DNA from: Octopus sinensis
Taxonomy: Eukaryota
DNA: 16,077 nucleotides
Direction of reading: 5' to 3'
Assembly: GCF_006345805.1 (NCBI RefSeq)
Contig: NW_021825305.1
Coordinates: forward strand, 1 to 16,077
The notes under the pieces are model-generated. The model made no database searches. It saw only the letters and a program-made list of their open reading frames with translations, and was not told the DNA's origin. A program made the position numbers and the translations under genes. This document shows, piece by piece, positions 9,640 through 16,077 of this stretch. How positions within the stretch are numbered: the stretch's first letter is position 1; every line of letters starts with the position of its first letter.

Positions 9640-11600
9640 GAAACGTGCGGGCTGGACACGGACATTAATGAGATGAATGACAATGATACAAGGATGATAA
9701 GGATGGGAGAAGACGAAAGCGCCCACCGATTTTTGCTTCTCTAAAACATTGTTCTTTTTAAAATAACACTCTGAAGCAATAAAACTCTTACACGGTTCAG
9801 TAAGAAAAAAAACACATTAACGAGGCAATAATCCTTTTACTTTTCCGCATTATAAAAGTCATTTTGAGGCAATACACCTCTTACACAAATATACAACAAT
9901 TCAGCTTTTCTGTCCGACCAGGCTCTTCGCTTCTTCGAAGCACCTAGTCGGTTTCAAGCCGGGCAACTTGGTCATATATCTAAAGGAGTTCGCTGGGAAG
10001 AAATTCATTATCCTGCACAGATCGGTTTCCCATATGACCTCCGCAACTACCTGCGAAGACCACTCAGGGTTCTCCGTGCAGGACAGAAGCCCCTTCCACC
10101 GGCCTTTCCTTTCAAATTTCTAAACCAAGTTCAGCAGTGTCCCTCCCTTGTGGAAGAGGACCACAAATTGCTCCTCCAGTGGCACACCCGCCGAAGGAGC
10201 ATCGGGACACGCCAGTAGTGTGTCACAAACCGCCGGCAATGTCCCGATTTTTTTTCTTTTTCCCTTGGACCACGGGAGTGTGGTGTTCCTCTGCTTTGTC
10301 CAGTAGGTCCTCCCTTCCTCCCGCAGCCCTCGGGTCCTTCGGTTGGCAACAATTGTTGCCTACCTTTCGTTTTTGGTTTTTCGAGGAGGTTTCCACCTCC
10401 TCGACTTCCTCCTTCTCTCCCTCCGATGAGGGAGTGGTGCATCTATTAACTGCTCCAGGACCCTATTTTGGTCCTTGGGGCAGTTCTTCTTGATATGGCC
10501 GGTTTCCAGACACAGGTGACACTTGGTGGAGGGGGGGCGTCCCTCGAGTATCACCAGATACCTAGACACCGCCATCCTTAAAAAATCTGGAAAAAACAGA
10601 CTTTCGGTTGATTGGGTCCATAGGGTCAAAACAGCTTTTGACCCCACCCAATCAGCCGCAGGCAAAACTTTAACATCGAGCAGCTTGGTACTGCTACCAC
10701 CCAGACACTGGCGGATAGAATCCTCTATCCACTCGGGCTCAATTCCGGGTGGCAAACCGCAGACCCAAGCCCTCGTCAACTTCTTCCCTCGATATGTGGG
10801 AAGGAACAGAATTTCACTGCCCTCCAGGGGCTGGCTTGCGAATTTGCAAGCTTTTTCGGGGGAGTCAAATAGCAACCACACCGTTGCATATTTGACCCCC
10901 GTGAAATATATTTAATAGCTGGCATATACTCTGCCAGCTCTTTTATAATTATGGTTTTCGGGAAGATGGCTATGGTATCGAGCGAACTGGACTAAGTACA
11001 TAACACCACCGTCTTCCTTTCAAACTTTTCAAGCCATGTTTTGGGAGGTGTTAATTCCCATTCAACAATTTTCTTTGCCATTTCAACGTAAAAGTCTAAA
11101 TAAAGTCCACAATGTTTTTTTGTAAAATAATAAAGAAAGAAAAACAAAAAGGAATAAAGACTTAACAAAAGAGAAAAAAAAGAAAAAAATAAACAGTTCA
11201 ATACAGTTTTTTTCAAATAAATGACAGAAGAGAACAAGAGTTCAAAGAACAGCAAAGAAAAATGTTTTTCGGCCGTATGGTAGTCCTGGCCTTCGCAGCT
11301 TCCCTTGGTGTAATCTTTGAAGTTCTTTAAAAGACTTCCACGCAGGCACATAAAACAGTTCTTCAAAATAATTGAGAATAATTAAATTCTCAAAAACAAT
11401 TTGGAGACAACTCCACGCAGCAGTTCTCACAATTATGTGAGAAAAACATATCTCTACCGCAAGCAGACCAAAAGTTCCGAATCCAGTGAGGACTCCTTGC
11501 TTGTACAAAAAATAAAGCTTACAGACAACAAGTCCCACTGGACTCCAAAAGCAAAATGTCTTACCCTACAGTAGAGTGTCTTTGAAATACAATTTTCGCA
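9640..11600 (-). mobile_element. Non-LTR retrotransposon (Tx1/L1-like) 5' portion: 5' UTR and ORF1, with ORF2 essentially absent
   Basis: GC-richer block carrying a gag-like zinc-knuckle ORF1 and a T-rich 5' UTR. Boundaries and clade assignment are inferred. Confidence 0.6.
9900..11081 (-). pseudogene. ORF1 gag-like nucleic-acid-binding protein with CX2CX4HX4C knuckle, disrupted
   Basis: Starts MAKKIVEWELTPPK (ATG at 11081). There is a stop at 10992-10994 and a frameshift near 10890. It continues ...YRGKKLTRAWVCGLPPGI...LEGRPPSTKCHLCLETGHIKKNCP (knuckle at 10480-10521), followed by a frameshifted low-complexity, charged C-terminal part. Confidence 0.78.
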
Positions 11601-11660
11601 AGCTGCACACCAGCGTGGCGACTTCAAGGGTACAGTGAAGACAACTGAGCTACCGGAACC

Positions 11661-11695
11661 GGAAGCAAGCTTCTTACCACACAGCTACGCCTGCA
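11661..11695 (-). mobile_element. SINE family B extreme 5' head fragment (A-box region)
   Basis: Minus strand GCAGGCGTAGCTGTGTGGTAAGAAGCTTGCTTCC overlaps the 5' ends of the 9460-9598 and 3507-3655 copies. Confidence 0.65.
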
Positions 11696-11699
11696 CCTC

Positions 11700-12075
11700 T
11701 TCAGCGTTCTATCGTCTTCCAGCCCCATTCAGTTCGACATGCAAAAGTTGATGCCCTCTAGTCTCAGTTTAAGCTTCTTCCTTTTCTCAACAAGAGCGAA
11801 TTTTTATCATCCCTGCCATTTGACACTCCTCTGTCCGTCCACTTCGAGTCAATCAATAAGTTCTACGCTTTCTCGCCTCTCAATCATTTCGACACAGCTC
11901 TCCATACGCAGCTAAGTTGACGCAACCCTATTCCTGAAAAATATCTCTATACTCCGTCTTCCAGCTTGACGCGTTTCTCTCATTGCGTTCTTCCGATTTT
12001 ACCGCATTCCACCCATCATCTACTCCACCCAATTGAACATTTTACATTTTCTGCAAGAATTGATGCTCTCCAATT
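11700..12075 (-). mobile_element. Highly degraded RTE-like LINE 3' RT-region remnant
   Basis: Fragmentary translation (...LEVDGQR..., RLRQL...) resembles the RTE C-terminal RLRW.GHV...LEV.G.R.RGRP. Weak and frameshifted. Confidence 0.35.
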
Positions 12076-12429
12076 TCTGCTAGTTAACTTAAAACAAAAG
12101 TAGGGTGTATAACATGAAAAACAAATACCTTGTCAGTGCAAGACAAATGAGCTGCCGTTTCTTTCTATTTTATTACTATTGGGTTTTTTTTTGTATCGAT
12201 TTAGTTATTACATGGTGTACGTAATAATGTCAAAAGGATTATGGGTAAACAAAAAAAAATAATTCCGTTGAGTACAAGATATTTCATATGCAAATCATTC
12301 TCACACACATATATTGCTTTCCTGTAAACTTATAGACATTATAAAGAAAGGAAGAAGAGAAAGAAGAATATCCTGAAGAAGTGGAAGAAAGAGAAGAAAA
12401 GTAGAGGAGTGTGATAAGAAGATTGAGAG

Positions 12430-12430
12430 C

Positions 12431-12463
<33 letters not shown>

Positions 12464-12795
12464 GGTGGTGGTGGTGGTGTTGGTGGTGGTGTTGGTGGTG
12501 GTAGGAGGAGGAGGTAGGAGGAGGAGGAAGAGGAGAGGAGGAAGAGGAGGAAGATGAAGAGGAGGGGAGGAGGAAGATGAGGTGAGGATGCGGAGGATGA
12601 GGAGGAAGGGGAGGGGGGAAGAGGAGGAGGATGCGGAGGAGGAGGAGGAGGGGAGGAGGAAGAGGATGATGATGCGGAGGATGAGGAGGAGGGGGAGGAA
12701 AACGATGCTGATGATGATGCAGACGATCATGATTAAGATGATGATGATGATGAAGAAGAAGAACAGCAGCAGCAGCAGTAGCAGCAGCAGCAACT
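12430..12795. repeat. (AGT)(GGT)(GGA)(GAT)(CAG) compound trinucleotide tract
   Basis: Directly visible. Source of the poly-T/H/P/S ORFs. Confidence 0.95.
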
Positions 12796-13411
12796 AATAA
12801 ACGAAGACAAGATGCAAACATAGATAAATAACTAAATGACGGAAATAAGAACCTATCGGTTTCTGGTTGTAAAGAATTATTGATTTCTTCCACAGATATT
12901 CTCTTGAGTTCAATTTATCATAATAAAAAAAAATGGCGACATTCTGTTCGAGTTTTTTATTTCATATTCTTTGTTTTTGAACTTCTGTTGAACTTACTTG
13001 GGTGGTTTTTTGAAGGATTATTTGTTTTTGTTTTTTCGTTTTCTTTTTTTTCTTTTTGCCTTCATCTCTCTAAAATCCACAAAAAGACCATTCGGTTTTA
13101 ATCATGGTTGATTCTTTTGACTACCTTATTGATAAAAAAAAAATAAAGAGAAATAAAAAAAGTGTTTCTTTTGTGTGAGAGAGGTTACCTAATTTCTAAC
13201 CGAACCGATATTCCAAAGTCACTACTTTTCATTTATTCTACTCTCTCGCGAGTTCCTTCTTTTTCTGTCTTGCATTCCGTTCTATTTCTCTCTTTCTCTT
13301 TCCTGCCCACATACTTCATACACATATAGATAAAACATTATAGGAAAATTTATATATATATATATATATATATACACTACAAGAGCTAAAGAATGGAGTA
13401 GACAAGATCCG

Positions 13412-13495
13412 AACTACATATGTTTCATAGCGAGCGGAACTTCGGAAGCGGTAAATATCCAAGCGAGGTGTATACCACAGGCTACTCGTCAGGCC
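13412..13495 (-). ncRNA. Type I hammerhead motif with intact core and a 49-nt insertion in stem II
   Basis: Minus strand: GGC-CTGACGA-GTAGC-[49 nt]-GCTAT-GAAA-CATATG-T-A-GTT. All core bases are present, with a GUA cleavage triplet and palindromic ACATATGT. Stem I is only 3 bp (1 GC + 2 GU). Confidence 0.68.
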
Positions 13496-13496
13496 A

Positions 13497-13588
13497 AAGG
13501 TGAGCTGGCAGAAACGTTAGCACACCGGGCGAAATGCTTTGTGGTATTTCGTCTGGCGTTACGTTCAGAGCTCAAATTCCGCCGAGGT
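13497..13588 (+). mobile_element. SINE family A tRNA-like head, 3'-truncated
   Basis: GGTGAGCTGGCAGAAACGTTAGCAC...GAGCTCAAATTCCGCCGAGGT is the reverse complement of the heads at 8097-8190 and 5715-5796. Confidence 0.9.
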
Positions 13589-13670
13589 AACAGGTAATTT
13601 TTACATGTTAGAAGAAGCAGTCAAAACGTCGTTTTGACTGCTTCTTTTAGCATGTAAAAATTACCTGTTA
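13588..13670. repeat. 83-nt near-perfect palindrome (41-bp arms)
   Basis: TAACAGGTAATTTTTACATG...TCAAAACG-T-CGTTTTGA...CATGTAAAAATTACCTGTTA. Only two mismatches, both G.T on the plus strand. Confidence 0.97.
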
Positions 13671-13699
13671 AAAGGTTGTTTCTCTTGTGTTTAAATGTA

Positions 13700-13703
13700 C
13701 GCT

Positions 13704-13752
<49 letters not shown>
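13700..13752. repeat. (TA)n microsatellite
   Basis: Directly visible. Confidence 0.98.
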
Positions 13753-13753
<1 letters not shown>

Positions 13754-13754
<1 letters not shown>

Positions 13755-14439
13755 TATAGAGGGCATTATTACACATAAATGCCTCACGCTAAGAGGGACA
13801 TAAGTCATTACTACCAAAACTTAACTAATCATACCTAATGCAGTTTTCGAAGCAAGACATTTAAAAAACTGAATTTAGTTCTATATCACCTGTGATTTCA
13901 CAATTAACGCATCAAATACGTCTTTGTTCATCAGTAGAACCGATTCTGAACACATCATAAATAAACAACCAACATACCTAGCGAAGCCAAACAGACATCT
14001 GCTCCCCTCGGCGAAGCACATGGAAATGTTTATTCATCATATATTCGGTAAATGGCGGGCTTTCTCGAACTGCATGTCGGTAGGAAAAGTTTTTCTTCGG
14101 AATAAATTTAAGAATTAAGGATAACTTCTTAATAAGGAATCTTAACAAGAAATTATCAGGTAATTAGCGTGAAAAACCTCATAAGAGAAAAAATTCGAAA
14201 ATAATTTTTTCACTTGAAAATATTAATTTATATTGTATAGAGGGCATTATTACACATAAATACATACATACATACATACATGCCTCTTAGCGTGAGGCAT
14301 TTATGTGTAATAATGCCCTCTATACAATATAAATTAATTTTTCAAGTGAAAAAATTATTTTCGAATTTATTATCTTATGAGGTTTTTCACGCTAACTACC
14401 GATAATTTCTTAAGATTCCTTATTAAGAAGTTATCCTTA
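13754..14439 (-). mobile_element. Retrozyme-like non-autonomous element: 481-nt unit plus a 27-nt terminal direct repeat (13754-14261, minus) and an inverted partial copy (14283-14439, plus)
   Basis: GTATAGAGGGCATTATTACACATAAAT occurs at 13754-13780 and 14235-14261. 14299-14439 is the reverse complement of 14116-14261, and 14283-14325 is the reverse complement of 13754-13796. Contains a canonical HHR and no convincing ORF. Confidence 0.8.
13878..13940 (-). ncRNA. Canonical type I hammerhead ribozyme
   Basis: Minus strand: GTTCTA-CTGATGA-ACAA agacgtatttgatgcgttaa TTGT-GAAA-TCAC ag GTGA-T-A-TAGAAC. Perfect 6-bp stem I, stems II and III, complete core and AUA triplet. Predicted cut between 13884 and 13883. 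Confidence 0.92.
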
Positions 14440-14445
14440 TTGTTA

Positions 14446-14468
14446 ATATATATATATATATAATATAT

Positions 14469-14499
<31 letters not shown>

Positions 14500-14512
14500 T
14501 ATATATATAATT

Positions 14513-14552
<40 letters not shown>

Positions 14553-14630
14553 TATATATATATGTATGTATGTATGTGATGTATGTATGTATGTATGTAT
14601 GTATGATGTGTTGTGTATGTATGTATATTC
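14446..14630. repeat. (TA)n/(TATG)n microsatellite
   Basis: Directly visible. Confidence 0.97.
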
Positions 14631-14892
14631 ATATACAAATTGAGAAACGGTTATTGAGTACCTTACATGAGAGTGAGTCACCAACAGTTTCCCAACTTAT
14701 ATAAATTGTACACCAAGTTCTTTTCCTCTCGTTTTCATATTTGCGTATGTATACGTATCCTTTTTTCTTTCCAGTCATTTCATACTGGGACCAGTAATCC
14801 TGTCACATTTTTTTCTCTCCGATATTTTCTCTCTGTCGAAGTAAAATCTTGCTTTGCAAGATTCCTGATGTGACATCGTGTGTTGAAACAGA

Positions 14893-15276
14893 TATTGTTA
14901 CACTTTCTGATGGTCACTTTTTTCTTGCCAAATAAGCACACGCACTATATTTTCATCCTTCAATCGTTTACTATTGTTCTTAGTTTATCTTATGTTCATT
15001 GTCTGGAAATCGATCGTCACACACCTGTTACCGCTTCAGTGACACTTCTGATCCACGTCTTTCCTCCTGTTCTGTTTAATCCATTTGTGATGGAATCGAC
15101 AGAACAGGAGGCACATGAGATGGAAGAGTACCTGAGGAGGTCACACGTGTGTGACGAAAGATTTCCAGAAAAAGTTCATAAGATAAAATAACAACAATAA
15201 CAAACGATTGAAGAACGAAGACTAGAGCGTATGTTTATTTGCCAAGAAAAAGTGACCATCCCGAAATATAACAATA
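14893..15276. repeat. 384-nt diverged fold-back (arms ~180 nt, 23-nt centre), each arm carrying a hammerhead-like motif
   Basis: Arms 14893-15075 and 15099-15276 align as inverted repeats, e.g. TATTGTTA, ATGGTCACTTTTT, CTTCAATCGTTT, TCTGGAAATC, TCGTCACACAC, CCTCCTGTTCTGT. Confidence 0.9.
15132..15165 (+). ncRNA. Hammerhead core motif lacking a clear stem I
   Basis: CTGAGGA-g-GTCACA cgtg TGTGAC-GAAA-GATT-T-C. Core boxes and stem II are perfect, but the flanks do not pair convincingly. The mirror copy at 15003-15039 (minus) reads CTGAAGC...GATC and is degraded. Confidence 0.55.
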
Positions 15277-15290
15277 GGTAGGTAGGTAGG

Positions 15291-15322
<32 letters not shown>

Positions 15323-15343
15323 AAGAAAGAAAGAAAGAAAGAA

Positions 15344-15378
<35 letters not shown>

Positions 15379-15389
15379 TAGATAGATAT

Positions 15390-15422
<33 letters not shown>

Positions 15423-15439
15423 CAGACAGATAGATAGAC

Positions 15440-15511
<72 letters not shown>
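15277..15511. repeat. (TAGG)(TAGA)(GAAA)(GACA)n tetranucleotide microsatellite
   Basis: Directly visible. Confidence 0.98.
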
Positions 15512-15513
<2 letters not shown>

Positions 15514-15980
15514 GATTTCAATCCTAGCTGTGTTCTCTTTGAAGCACATCTGCTTAATTCAGTTCTCCAAAGTCGTATGTAGACGTTATATTTTTGTGTG
15601 AGGAATGGAAAAGAGTTGAAAAATATTGGAAAAGATCTTTTGCAGTGAAATTATATATCAAAACAGAACGAAAAAGTTTTTGGTATTATTTACTCACAGA
15701 CAATCTGATTCTCTGCCTGCGGAATTTCTAATAGGAATTATGTTACATGTTTCTCCTATTTCTAACCCCTGTTAGCAAATAAAACACGTGTAATGGTGAA
15801 TAAATAACACCAAATATTTTTACAAATTTCCTGTTATAGAATTTGTTTCATACAAAAAGACTCAGATATTCATAATAGAAAATCAGAACGGCCAAATTTG
15901 TTGTCGTCGGTAGCTGGGATAAAAACTAAAAAAGAGACGTTAGAAGTACATAGATTGTCCCTTACTAATCATATTGTAAT

Positions 15981-16066
15981 AATGCGTTCGTTCTTGGAGT
16001 CACGTCTATTTTAAACAAGGCTCTTGTCTTGTTTAAAATAGACATGATTCCAAGAACGAATGCATT
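15981..16066. repeat. 86-nt near-perfect hairpin (39-bp arms, 8-nt loop)
   Basis: AATGCGTTCGTTCTTGGAGTCACGTCTATTTTAAACAAG-gctcttgt-CTTGTTTAAAATAGACATGATTCCAAGAACGAATGCATT, with 3 mismatches (2 G.T, 1 C.A). Confidence 0.96.
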
Positions 16067-16077
16067 GACCGTTCTGA

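Noticed and set aside
10137-10915. Plus-strand ORFs of 118 and 130 aa
   Set aside because: Antisense shadows of the GC-rich ORF1.
12284-12893. Long ORFs of 169 and 184 aa (also 3545-4115, 9189-9459, 15222-15549)
   Set aside because: These are translations of microsatellites, giving homopolymeric peptides.
14169-14213. HHR-like shape GTGAAAAA-cCTCATAA-GA...TC-GAAA...TTTTTCAC (and mirror at 14346-14390)
   Set aside because: Two core substitutions (G5, G8) occur in both copies, and it lies opposite in strand to the genuine HHR of the same unit. It is AT-rich enough to be chance.
13590-14440. Repeats considered as a CRISPR-like array
   Set aside because: There is no regular repeat-spacer periodicity, the context is eukaryotic, and the repeats are explained by duplication and inversion.

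Overview
Repeat-dense, AT-rich eukaryotic DNA with no intact host gene. The SINE families resemble those I recall from Octopus genomes, so the taxon is an inference. Contents: (1) a decayed Penelope-like retroelement (PLE; RT with YLDD plus GIY-YIG endonuclease, minus strand, ~205-2878) with a 5'-inverted copy of part of its 3' region; (2) two tRNA-derived SINE families in several copies; (3) a Helitron Rep fragment; (4) a disrupted Tx1/L1-type ORF1 with a CCHC zinc knuckle; (5) a probable RTE-LINE remnant; (6) many microsatellites. The main discovery is a cluster of hammerhead ribozyme (HHR) motifs. One is a complete canonical type I HHR (13878-13940, minus strand) inside a 481-nt non-coding unit bounded by 27-nt direct repeats and followed by an inverted partial copy. 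This looks like a retrozyme, a ribozyme-processed circular-RNA retroelement probably mobilised by PLEs. Further HHR-like motifs lie at 13412-13495, 5473-5510, 15132-15165 and 234-279. Three elements share a head-to-head 5'-inversion architecture next to microsatellites. There are also two unexplained near-perfect hairpins of ~85 nt. Most ORFs in the supplied track are microsatellite artefacts.
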